Below are positions 55,364 through 64,000 of a DNA stretch of 64,000 bases, piece after piece. The notes beneath the pieces were generated by a model, which was not told the origin of the DNA, did not search any database, and was given only the letters and a program-made list of their open reading frames with translations. Location of the stretch: assembly GCA_965243135.1 (NCBI GenBank), contig OZ251539.1, positions 5,856,001-5,920,000 of the forward strand, read 5' to 3'. The translations under genes and the position numbers were made by a program. Position 1 is the first letter of the stretch. Each line of letters opens with the position of its first letter. Source of the stretch: Alphaproteobacteria bacterium. Its GTDB lineage: Bacteria > Pseudomonadota > Alphaproteobacteria > MPNO01 > UBA830.

Positions 55364-56284
55364 ATGCAGATATATCTGCCCATCGCGGAAGTGTCCCTCG
55401 ACGCCCTGGCGCTTCTGGGCCTCGGCGGAATGGTCGGTTTGCTGTCCGGGATGTTCGGAGTCGGCGGCGGGTTCCTGATGACGCCGCTGCTGATCTTCAT
55501 CGGCGTTCCGCCGGCCGTGGCCGTGGGCACCGAGGCGAATCAGGTGGTGGCGGCGTCGGTGTCGGGCGCGCTCGCGCACTGGCGGCGGGGCAACGTCGAC
55601 TTCAGGATGGGCTTCGTTCTCCTCGTCGGCGGCTTGATCGGATCGAGTTTCGGCGTTTGGCTGTTCACCTTCCTGCGCGGCATCGGCCAGATCGATTTCG
55701 TGATCTCGGTCTTCTACGTTCTGTTCCTCGGCATCGTGGGGGTGCTGATGGTGGTCGAGAGCGCCCGAGCGTGGTTCCGCAGCCGCAATCCGGCCGCGCC
55801 GCGCCGCAAGCTGCATTACCACAACTGGATGCACGGCCTTCCGCTGAAGGTTCGATTCCGCCGCTCGAAACTCTACATCAGCGCGTTGCTGCCGCTGAGC
55901 GTCGGAGCGTTCGTCGGGATTCTTTCCGCCATAATGGGCGTCGGCGGCGGCTTCGTCATGGTGCCCGCGATGATCTATCTGCTCGGCATGCCGACGGCCG
56001 TGGTGGTCGGAACGTCGTTGTTCCAGATCGTGTTCGTGACGGCGAACGTGACCTTCCTGCAAGCCGTCAACAACCAGACCGTCGACATCGTGCTCGCGAT
56101 GCTGCTGGTCATAGGCAGCGTGATCGGCGCCCAGCTGGGCGCCCGCGTCGGCAGCCGCCTGCGCGGGGAGGAGATGCGGATCGCGCTCGGCCTTATCGTG
56201 CTCGCGGTTTGCCTGCGCGTGGCGTGGACGCTCGTGGCGACGCCCGAGGACGTCTTTTCGCTCGGCGCGGGGAGGACGCATTGA
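55364..56284 (+). CDS. TauE/SafE family sulfite exporter
   Basis: MQIYLPIAE start and two GVGGGF motifs. Confidence 0.9.
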   Translation: MQIYLPIAEVSLDALALLGLGGMVGLLSGMFGVGGGFLMTPLLIFIGVPPAVAVGTEANQVVAASVSGALAHWRRGNVDFRMGFVLLVGGLIGSSFGVWLFTFLRGIGQIDFVISVFYVLFLGIVGVLMVVESARAWFRSRNPAAPRRKLHYHNWMHGLPLKVRFRRSKLYISALLPLSVGAFVGILSAIMGVGGGFVMVPAMIYLLGMPTAVVVGTSLFQIVFVTANVTFLQAVNNQTVDIVLAMLLVIGSVIGAQLGARVGSRLRGEEMRIALGLIVLAVCLRVAWTLVATPEDVFSLGAGRTH

Positions 56285-57024
56285 CCGCGTTTCGGAGAAG
56301 CGCGCTGGCGGCGGCGCTTTGCGTCTGTTCCGCCGGCTTCGCCGTCGCCCAGAGCGTCGTGGCCGATCTCTCCGACCGCGAAATCGCCATTACCACCGGC
56401 TTCACCGGCGCCGAGCTCCTCCTCTACGGCGCCACCGAGGGTTACGGCGACATCGTGGTCAAGGTCGCCGGGCCGCGCCGGGACGAAGTGGTCAGACGGA
56501 AGCAGCAGGTCGCCGGGATATGGATCAACGGCGCTTCGGTCACCTTTCGGGACGCGCCCGCGTATTACCGCGTTGCCGCCTCGAGGGACCTCGAAGAGAT
56601 CGCGGCGCCGACGGTGTTGAAACGGCATCGCATAGGAGCCGAGACGCTGGATCTGCCGGCCGCCTCGACGCGTCCGCAAGCGGAAGTCGCGGAATTCAGG
56701 AAGGCGCTTCTTCGCAACAAGCGGCGACTCGGGCTTTACGGCGATTCGGTTTCGGAGATCTCCGTCACGGGCGGGCGCCTGTTCCGGACGTCGATTTCGT
56801 TTCCGTCGATCGTGCCGACCGGCCGGTATCTCGCGACCGTCTACCTGTTTCACGACGGCAAGCTCGTTCAAAGCGACGAGACGCCGCTGACCGTGCGGAA
56901 GGACGGGCTCGGCGCCGAAATCTTCAGGTTCGCGCACGAGCGGGCGTCGTGGTATGGGGCGATTGCCATTCTGATCGCGCTGGTGGCAGGATGGCTTGCG
57001 GGCGTGATTTTCAGGAGAACGTGA
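56281..57024 (+). CDS. TIGR02186-like conserved membrane protein
   Basis: ADLS…ITTGFTGAELLLYGA, GIWIN; usual partner of TauE upstream of usp. Confidence 0.8.
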   Translation: MTAFRRSALAAALCVCSAGFAVAQSVVADLSDREIAITTGFTGAELLLYGATEGYGDIVVKVAGPRRDEVVRRKQQVAGIWINGASVTFRDAPAYYRVAASRDLEEIAAPTVLKRHRIGAETLDLPAASTRPQAEVAEFRKALLRNKRRLGLYGDSVSEISVTGGRLFRTSISFPSIVPTGRYLATVYLFHDGKLVQSDETPLTVRKDGLGAEIFRFAHERASWYGAIAILIALVAGWLAGVIFRRT

Positions 57025-57026
57025 GA

Positions 57027-57542
57027 ATGAACTGCGCCGACCGGATCGTCGACCCGATTCAGAACGCGGAAGCGACGGGGCAGCGCCGGGTATTCCTGTG
57101 CGTGGTCGATTCGACGAAGGAATGCCGGGTCGCGATCTATTTCGCGGCGCGCCGGACGCTCCGCGCCGACAGCCAGCTCGCGCTCCTCTACGTGATGGAG
57201 CCGGCGGAATTCCATCATTGGAGGACGGTCGAGGAAAAGATGCGCGAGGAGGCGCGCGAGGAGGCGGAAGGCTTCGTTCAGGAATACGCGACGCTCGTTC
57301 AGGAATGGACCGGACAGATGCCGATTCTCTATATTCGGGAAGGAGAACCGACCGAAGCGATCCGGGAGCTGATCGAGGAGGAGCCGCGCATATCGATACT
57401 GGTCCTCGGCGCCGGCACCGAAAAGAAGGGGCCGGGCCCGCTGGTGTCGTCGATCGGCGGCAAGATGTCGGGCAAGTTCCCGATTCCCATCACCATCGTT
57501 CCGGGCAACCTGACCGAGGAACAGATCGACATGCTAACGTGA
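57027..57542 (+). CDS. Universal stress protein
   Basis: FLCVVD, LVLGA…GPGPLV and PITIVPG motifs. Confidence 0.9.
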   Translation: MNCADRIVDPIQNAEATGQRRVFLCVVDSTKECRVAIYFAARRTLRADSQLALLYVMEPAEFHHWRTVEEKMREEAREEAEGFVQEYATLVQEWTGQMPILYIREGEPTEAIRELIEEEPRISILVLGAGTEKKGPGPLVSSIGGKMSGKFPIPITIVPGNLTEEQIDMLT

Positions 57543-57579
57543 CGGAGGGGTCTCGGCGAATTCGCGTTTTTGGAAGGAG

Positions 57580-57890
57580 GGGCTCGAACGGGGAGGCGAC
57601 GCTTGCCGCGCGAGGACGGAGAGGATCGGTGCCGACCGGTCCGCCACCTCGTCCGCACTGGCCCGGGCACTGAAGCCCAGGCGGCGGTCGTACACCCCTT
57701 CCGCTCCCTCGTCGCGCCAACGCCGGAAGATGCGCTCCGAAACGCCCAGCGTCTCCGCCGCCTCGCCTTGGCTCAGCGCCCCGGATGAGACACCTCCTTC
57801 CTCAGTCCCTGTTCCGTCCGCCGCTACCTCCTTGGTCTGGAAGCGTTTTAAACAGGGTACATGGACCGGACATATCATCTGTCACTGACA
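57580..57890 (-). mobile_element. ISNCY/IS1202-like transposase 5' remnant with terminal repeat
   Basis: LSQGEAAETLGVSERIFRRW…DEG…DRRLG HTH fragment; end sequence TGTCAGTGACAGATGATATGTCCGGTCC. Confidence 0.6.
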
Positions 57891-57907
57891 TCGCCGGGCG
57901 TTGCCGC

Positions 57908-57936
57908 TTGCATCCTCACCCAGCCGGGGCTAGATT
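57908..57936 (+). promoter_or_regulatory. Sigma70-type promoter upstream of the NYN leader
   Basis: TTGCAT-17 bp-TAGATT. Confidence 0.6.
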
Positions 57937-57971
57937 GCGGGCAGATACCCGCTGGCAGCGTGCTGTCAGCT

Positions 57972-58006
57972 CAAGGGCCGCTCCTCGGAGCGGCCCTTGC
58001 TTTTTT
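57972..58006 (+). terminator. Intrinsic terminator directly upstream of the NYN gene
   Basis: CAAGGGCCGCTC-CTCG-GAGCGGCCCTTG 12-bp stem followed by CTTTTTT. Confidence 0.8.
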
Positions 58007-58018
58007 CCGGGGACGACC

Positions 58019-58789
58019 ATGAGAACGAGAGTCTATGTCGACGGCTTCAACCTGTACTACGGAGCGCTCAAGGGGACGCCATTCAAGTGGCTGAATCTTG
58101 TCGATCTGGCGCGCCGGGTGCTGTCGGCGGGATATGTCGTGGATAAGCTGCTTTACTTCACCGCCCATGTATCCGGGGTTTCGGACCCGGGGGCGCCGGC
58201 CCGTCAGCATGCCTATATCACCGCGCTCCGCACGCTGCCGGAGGTGGAAGTGCATTTCGGGAGCTTTCTCGCCAAGACGGTCTGGCGTCCGCTCGTCAAC
58301 CTGCCGGTGGCTGGCCGGCGGATCGACGCACCTCGGCCCGTGACATTGCCCGCGGGCGATCACACGGTCGTTGGGCCACGGATGCAGACGCTGCCCGTGG
58401 GCCGATACCCCGCACCTGGCGCGGGAAGGAAGAGACGAGGCAAGGCGTCCGCTCCGCTGCCGGACGCATTGGTCGCGGAGTTCCACGCCATGGAAGAGAA
58501 AGGCTCCGACGTGAATCTTGCGGCCCATCTCCTGAACGATGCCTGGAGCGAGCTGTTCGAGGCGGCAGTCGTCGTCTCGAACGACACCGATCTTCTGACC
58601 CCTATCCGCATGGTGACCGCCGAGCGGAGGAAGCCGGTCATCATCGTGTATCCAGGACGATGGCAGGTCGCGCCGAAGCTGCGCGCCGCGGCGAGCCATG
58701 TGCGCCATATTCGCCCCGCGATGCTGAGAGGGGCGCAATTTCCTGACACGCTGCCGGGCACTGCGATCTCGAAGCCGACGGGCTGGTAA
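58019..58789 (+). CDS. NYN domain (PIN-like) nuclease
   Basis: VYVDGFNLYY, EEKGSDVNLA and VVSNDTD acidic motifs. Confidence 0.88.
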   Translation: MRTRVYVDGFNLYYGALKGTPFKWLNLVDLARRVLSAGYVVDKLLYFTAHVSGVSDPGAPARQHAYITALRTLPEVEVHFGSFLAKTVWRPLVNLPVAGRRIDAPRPVTLPAGDHTVVGPRMQTLPVGRYPAPGAGRKRRGKASAPLPDALVAEFHAMEEKGSDVNLAAHLLNDAWSELFEAAVVVSNDTDLLTPIRMVTAERRKPVIIVYPGRWQVAPKLRAAASHVRHIRPAMLRGAQFPDTLPGTAISKPTGW

Positions 58790-58818
58790 GCGCGCGAGCC
58801 AACGCCTTTGGACGCGCC

Positions 58819-59040
58819 GTAAGCGTTCGGTCGTGGGGTGAGGGTGTCGAAGCCCCGCCTCCGGGCAAGGTTTCAACCAGACATCCTTGACCGGGAAAGC
58901 GCGTTCGTTCCGGGTGCCTGAGGCGGCTCTGTTCGCCCCTGGTTGGCGACCCGGTAGCATGTTCCTCGCGGAGTAGACGTTCGTTTGCGGGCGGCTTGGC
59001 GCATGACTTCGCCGGGGGCTGGATACCCGCTTTAGATTCC
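58819..59040 (-). mobile_element. Degraded IS66 right end with a DUF4338 3' fragment
   Basis: GTAAGCGTTCG terminus; GTCYRVAN / FPVKDVWLKP fragments paralogous to 61431-61673. Confidence 0.65.
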
Positions 59041-59149
59041 TGTTTGCGATAGCCATGTCGAGCGAACATGCACGCGCACTTCCCGGGACCGAGTTGTCGG
59101 GCGGCGGGCGGGCTCTGGCCGCGTTGCGACGGGAGAATGAGGCTTTTGG

Positions 59150-59327
59150 CCAAGCGCCGGAGACCACGGTCCAGAAAGCGGAGAAGCGGCGGGGATTTTC
59201 CGCCGGGCGACGGCCGCCGCAAGGCGAAACAAAGATCCTCCTGAAGCTTCTTTTTGCGGTAATGCTGCAACAGATGATCGATGGCGGCCGATCCCGCTTC
59301 CGATGCGAAGGCGACTTCGAAATTCAC
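59150..59327 (-). pseudogene. Truncated N-terminus of a JAB-like/ThiF (E1) protein
   Basis: GTG overlaps the E2 stop; FEVAF…HLLQH…QEDLCFALRRPS resembles the start of JAB-ThiF fusions; similarity is lost after about 40 codons. Confidence 0.5.
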
Positions 59328-59701
59328 ATTCCGTTCCAGATGCGCCGCATGTGTTCGCTCAAATACGTTCGCATGCATTTTGTCGGCAACTGATCCCATA
59401 ATGATCCGGGTGGCCGACTCATTGCGATCCAATTCCTTCCTCTCTTGTCCTGATAGCGATTATAGGCGCCTCCCCTCTCGTCATAGATGGGCGGGTTGAT
59501 GTGAATCCAGTGAGGCGGATATTCCGGGTATCCGTTTTCCTGCATGCTAATGCCCAACGTTACCTCTCTGCCTTTATAGGCACCAACTTCAACTTTATAC
59601 GGAAAGAAAATTGCAACAGGTCCATGAGGACTGTCTTGCAAGTCAGTCAAATATCCCAGAGATTTCAACTCGGATTGAATGCGCACAATGTCGTCGGACA
59701 T
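59324..59701 (-). CDS. Prokaryotic E2/UBC-like protein
   Basis: GYPEYPPHWIH and WIAMSRP motifs; adjacent to Ubl. Confidence 0.7.
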   Translation of the reverse strand: MSDDIVRIQSELKSLGYLTDLQDSPHGPVAIFFPYKVEVGAYKGREVTLGISMQENGYPEYPPHWIHINPPIYDERGGAYNRYQDKRGRNWIAMSRPPGSLWDQLPTKCMRTYLSEHMRRIWNGM

Positions 59702-59707
59702 TTGCAA

Positions 59708-60025
59708 TCACGCGACAGGGGTGGAAGTATTGGGGATGGTTATGAAATTATTGTCCCGATCCAGATAAACCCAGTCATCGAGCTTATATTCGGTCGCTTC
59801 GCCGCTTCGCGATACAAGAATATAGTTTTTCGGCGTTCCAGGGATCGCTCCTTTCTTTTTCGCATGGATCAAAATATCCTCTGCGACGAGTCTTTCGTGC
59901 ACAGATTGCAATTTCTCGCCGTTTACCTCGAAAGGATATGTTCGGTCGAGAGGATTTCTATGTTCGGATTTTCCAAGAGCGGCGTTCTTGAGAGGAGCGT
60001 CGATCTGTTTATCATCGTTGTTCAC
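59708..60025 (-). CDS. Multiubiquitin-like (beta-grasp) protein
   Basis: YPFEVNGE…LVAEDIL…YILV…LDDWVYL…FIT pattern; start uncertain. Confidence 0.65.
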   Translation of the reverse strand: MNNDDKQIDAPLKNAALGKSEHRNPLDRTYPFEVNGEKLQSVHERLVAEDILIHAKKKGAIPGTPKNYILVSRSGEATEYKLDDWVYLDRDNNFITIPNTSTPVA

Positions 60026-60877
60026 CGTATCGCTCCCGCATGGAGAACCCTTTGCGACCAAGATATGGTGCTTTGCGGCGCACTGTCAATAGGAATATTT
60101 TGGTACTCGCCGTCGTCGGGCGGCGGTCGATCAATGCCAGGGTTGCAGACCGCCGCGCTGCCGAACCATTGGGAGCACCTCGGAATGCGGATCTATTTTT
60201 GCCAAACTCCTTGTTTTTATTTACGGAATCGGGATTTCCCCGTTAGGCAACGTTCAACGTCTGATTTTCGCTCGCATCCCCAGTCGCCACGCCGCCTCGA
60301 AGCGACCAGACTCTTCGAGACCCTTACACCCGACAAACGCAGGAGAGCACGGTCGCTTTCCCCACCCGTCGGCCCGCGGAGCTCGCCAAACAACCGCAGG
60401 AGCGGCGCTGGTTCGTCGAACAGTTGTGGAGCGAGCAGGCGGTCGGCATAGCCGAAGTGCGGCAAATTCTTTCTCGTTCTCGCCGTTGCCACCGGCACGC
60501 CCTGCCTCGGCGCTTCTCTGCTGCTTCCGGCCGCGTTCTGCTGGGCCGTTCGCCTCCACAACGCCGCAGGCAAGGTTGCGCCGTTGCTTGCCTGCCTGCG
60601 CGACCTGCAACGTAACTTCGAAACCGCTGTCGTTCTCGTCCGCCATGCCCGAGTGTGCACGGACACGATAATCGATGGAAACATTTGGAGAACTCGATCA
60701 AAAGGGTCCTGGCAGCGGCCATCCTGCGAGTTCACTGGTTGCCTTCGGGCCAAACCATGGTGCTGCTGGCATCGGCAAGCGGTGACACGGAGCTAAAACT
60801 AGGGTTTTCTGGCGGACACTAGGTCTGCCTGTGCCCCATAAAGATTTTTCTGGACTCTGGCCAGCCGATTCGTTACG

Positions 60878-61229
60878 GTGCCCGGCATGGAGTTCCAGAA
60901 TCAGGTTCGGCAAAGCCTCCAGAACGATTTTGCGCGCTTGCAAGGGGTGCTGGCGAACGAGGTCTTCACTCGCCGCAGCGAGGTCGCGGGTGTGCGAAGC
61001 ATTCGGGTTTGGGCTTGGCCGCCTGCAGCGAGCGGGCTGTCTGAAGGCGTTGGCGGAGTTTGAGGCGGCGGGACGGATTTCGCTGCCGTTGCCGACGCGC
61101 GGTGGCGCGTGGCGCCCGCGATGTCTTGCGAAGCCGGTTCCTCCACCGAAGAGCGTACCGGAGGAAGTCGGTGCGGTCGAGGGCCTGGAGTTGGTGCCGG
61201 TGACGGATGACGGGCATCGCCTGGTGTGA
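60878..61229 (+). mobile_element. 5' remnant of a DUF4338-fused IS4-type transposase
   Basis: MEFQNQVRQSL / RVCEAFGF…LQRAGCLKAL…GRISLP…LELVPV fragments, frameshifted and truncated. Confidence 0.55.
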
Positions 61230-61430
61230 CCGCTCCGACACCCGGACTGACGACGAATCGACGCCCTAACCCTTTATGGCGCACATCCCTTTCTCGCGAA
61301 TATCCGTGAATTTACGGCGGGTTGCGGCGAACGGCACATCCCTTTTTTCGGGGCGTCGGGAGAGTTGCATTCGGGGAACTTTCTCGCGATACACCGAACT
61401 TGCGCAGCGCTCGTATCGTGTAAGCGTTCG

Positions 61431-62302
61431 CTACCCGGGTGATGATCTGCGATTGAGGACCTTCTTCCAGTCCCGCCGCAGGGGCCTCAACCAGATATCC
61501 TTGACCGGCAGCGCATACTCGTTTTTCACGTCGAGTTTGCCGCGGCCCTGCGTTTTGCCGGCCCGAATCCAGTTGGCCGCACGGTAGCAGGTTCCTTCGA
61601 AGCGCTGCGTTTCGCAGAAGGTCTCGAGCAGTACGGGACGCAGAGCGTAGCGGCGGTCCCAGTCGTCGGGCAAACGTTGCTCGACCTGTGCGAGGACGTG
61701 GGATGCAAGGCGTTTGATTCTGACCCAGGGCAGTATGAGGAACCTTGCGTTGTTGACGACGAAAGGCAGATTGCGCTGACGGCATGTCCCAACCGATCAG
61801 CTTGTCCCGTGGCGCAATCTTCCACGCGGCGGCGCCGAAGCCGAGCACGGCCAGCGGTTCGCCCTCTGCGGAGCGGACGAAGTATCGCAGCTGTGCGCCG
61901 GGCATGGGCGTAAAGCCGAGGTAATGATAGCGGTCGATGAAGGCGTTCCAGAGACGGCCCTCGCTGGCGTTGCGGACGGGTTCGGTGCGCAGCGGACGGA
62001 CTTGGTCGAGACGGTCGGGAGTTGGGAACGGGGGCGGCTCGGTTTCGGGAGACGGCGGAGCGGCGAACGCGGGCGGGCTGCGACGGCGGCAGAACGATGA
62101 GGCCGTCGCGTTCCATCCGCAACAGGGCGACGCGGGCGCTCATGTCTTTGACGCCGCCGTTGGGTTTGCGCCAGTCGAGACGCTCGCACAGGATGCGTGA
62201 AAGGGGCGTGCGTTTGAGAGGTGGGTTCCGTTGCGCGATCAAGTCGCGAATCAGGTTGAGTTCGTCCTCGGAGAAATCCCGCCCGCAATAACGATAGCTC
62301 AT
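61431..62302 (-). pseudogene. DUF4338 domain protein, frameshifted
   Basis: MSYRYCGRDF…, GAQLRY…GFGAAAWK and LLETFCE…GTCYRAANW in different frames. Confidence 0.8.
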
Positions 62303-64000
62303 GGCCCCTGCGGAGCCGCGGTGCGCCAGGTGCGGACGCGCTCCGGGTCGGCGCCCCAGGGAAGCTAGGCATGCGCCTCTTCGGGCGCTCGTCCGCCATG
62401 TTCGGCGCAGGCTTGCAGATAATCGCGGAGCCAGTGGTGCGGCGAGAGGCCGGCCAGTTCGAGCGTACCGAATACGGAGAAGAGCAGCCCGGTCAGTTGC
62501 GCGCCCGCCTCGCTGAACGAGCCGAACGAGAGCTTGCGCCCAACAACCGCGCCGCGCAGGGCGCGCTCGGCAAGGTTGTTGTCCATCGGCACGGCTGTCG
62601 ACGAAGACCTCCAAGCCTTCGCGATGACGCAGCAAGGACTGCAACGGCTTGCGCTGCGGCGCTTCCTCCGGCAGGTCGTCGAGTTGCCGCCTCGCGTCGT
62701 CGAAGAATGTGTTGCTCTCAAGCTCCCGTTGCGCCTCGTCGAAGGCGGCGGCTTGTTCTCTCGCTCCGGGGATCCAGTGCCGCAGCCGCTCGGCATTCCA
62801 ACCGTACAGAGTCGCGATCTTGGCTACCCATTCATCGCCGAAAGACTTCATGTCGGGACGCCCGACTCCGATGTCCATGAAGTCGCGGCGCACATGCGTC
62901 CAATTATGTTGAATTCAACATAACTGGGCTTATGTTGCGGATCCAGTTATGTTGCGGAATGGTTGCAACGTACTGAAAAACAATAAAATCAGATCCATTT
63001 CCGCAACATAATATTTCGCAATCACAGTGCATCAAGAAAGGCCGTAAACCTTTTGTTCTCTTTCCACGGGCGAACCGACTCTGCGCAATGCCTGAGACAG
63101 TTCAGGCGTTCCTCAAGCAGCGGTGCGGCGCGATAGAAGGCTATGGCACCGTGATCGACAAACAGATCCTCGAACATGGTCGTATCTCCTTGTGGTCGGA
63201 GACATGACCATGGCAAACGAATGCGAATCCAAATATTATGTTGCGGAAATGCGTTTGGTTCCGTTGTTTTTCAAGTCGTTAGCGCTCCTCCGCAACATAA
63301 CTGGATCCGCAACATAAGTCCAACAGTAAACGAGCACGAACTGGTCCGGCAGATCCTTCGCCAGCTTCTTGTAAGCGGAGTACCGGTCGCGATATACCGG
63401 CTCGTCGACGCCGAGGCCTCCGAACAACTTCTGCGCTGCCGCTGCGCTGCGGGAAGGGTCGATGATCATTCGCACGGCGTCCGAGGTCTGGCAAACCCAG
63501 AGCCAACTGCGGGGATTGTCGCCTTCCTCGCCGCGGACGTGAACCCTCCAGCTCGTCTCGTCGCCGTGGGCTATTCTGGCCGTTGCCTGACGTTCGATAA
63601 TCGCATCGGCCAGCGGCGCGAACAAGGGCACGAAGCGCTTGACGCTGTCCCCCAGCGTACCTGGCGCGACCTCGAAGTCGAGCATCGACAACTGCCGCGG
63701 TACAGATCGCAACGGACGGTGAAGGGCGTAAGTCTCGGTCAGAAACCAGGTCCAGACGCTCAAGCCATAAGGCGTGTTCGCGAACAGCCGCGGCACCGGC
63801 GGAGCGATCGCCTCCTGCTTCGGTGCGCACGAGCACGTCGAACGGTACCGGGGCCGGCGGCAACGCCGCTTGTAGGCGCGAAACTCGACCTCGACGAACT
63901 CGGTGACCTTTTCTCCGTTTCTCGCGTAAGGCTTGCCGCAGTTCGGGCAGCGGCATTCCTCAGGCTCAATGACCTCCACCTCTACCGGCAAATCCTCGCG
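62299..64000 (-). pseudogene. IS66 transposase TnpC, frameshifted and interrupted at 62904-63317
   Basis: The CWTHVRRDF motif is split by the insertion; further frameshifts downstream. Confidence 0.85.
62904..63317. mobile_element. Miniature RIT (recombinase-in-trio)-like element
   Basis: Perfect 30-bp TIRs (62929-62958 / 63289-63318), 21-bp inner inverted repeats, 20-bp palindrome, 6-bp GTCCAA flanking repeat, integrase N-terminal stub MFEDLF…AAPLLEERL. Confidence 0.8.

Larger units (their letters stand above)
61420..64000 (-). mobile_element. IS66-family element with DUF4338 passenger gene (runs off the window)
   Basis: Terminus GTAAGCGTTCG at 61420; TnpC motifs CPNCG, HGDETSW, DRYSAY, CW-THVRRDF, DNNLAERALR. 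Confidence 0.85.

Noticed and set aside
60100-60800. Possible regulator gene upstream of the ubiquitin-like operon
   Set aside because: Several short overlapping ORFs, none with a recognisable motif; cannot be supported without a search.
61260-61412. Short direct repeats (GCACATCCCTTT twice) and a possible further IS end
   Set aside because: No partner terminus or transposase could be tied to them.
61431-62302. Druantia defence system (DUF4338/DruA-like)
   Set aside because: The gene is a frameshifted passenger inside IS66 ends, and no DruE-like helicase or other Dru genes are present.
62904-63318. TTATGTTGCGGA repeats as a CRISPR array or iterons
   Set aside because: They are arranged as nested inverted repeats without regular unique spacers, and there are no cas or rep genes.

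Overview
High-GC alphaproteobacterial chromosome segment (Rhodospirillales-like gene order; taxonomy is inferred). The housekeeping backbone comprises an aromatic/oxidoreductase cluster, Zur-regulated znuA-zur-znuCB, tim44/fxsA/bactofilin, pfkB-typA, ampG, phoR-pstCAB-phoU-phoB, maeB, mutS, bfd, and glnD-murJ-trpS-tauE-usp. Three lower-GC accessory blocks interrupt it. (1) About 9.3-20.1 kb: a PLD-SNF2 helicase and an Eco57I/Type IIG-like m6A methyltransferase. The methyltransferase C-terminal specificity domain lies in a 1166-bp segment bounded by perfect 171-bp inverted repeats, with a second, different specificity cassette on the opposite strand. A tyrosine recombinase lies 56 bp away once an intervening IS256 remnant is removed. 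This is a candidate invertible specificity switch and the best finding in the window. (2) About 42.2-49.5 kb: an integrase-less insert flanked by two diverged copies of the mutS 3' end, carrying a tightly packed three-gene operon with two HDRF PLD-like proteins. It is followed by a low-GC wHTH/PD-(D/E)xK nuclease and a small-protein/nucleotidyltransferase pair. (3) About 57.5-64 kb: an NYN nuclease behind a promoter, short structured RNA and terminator; a truncated Ubl-E2-E1 ubiquitin-like operon; and nested IS66/DUF4338/IS4 remnants containing a miniature RIT element. No rRNA, tRNA or CRISPR array was seen. Family assignments come from motif recognition by eye; no database searches were run.
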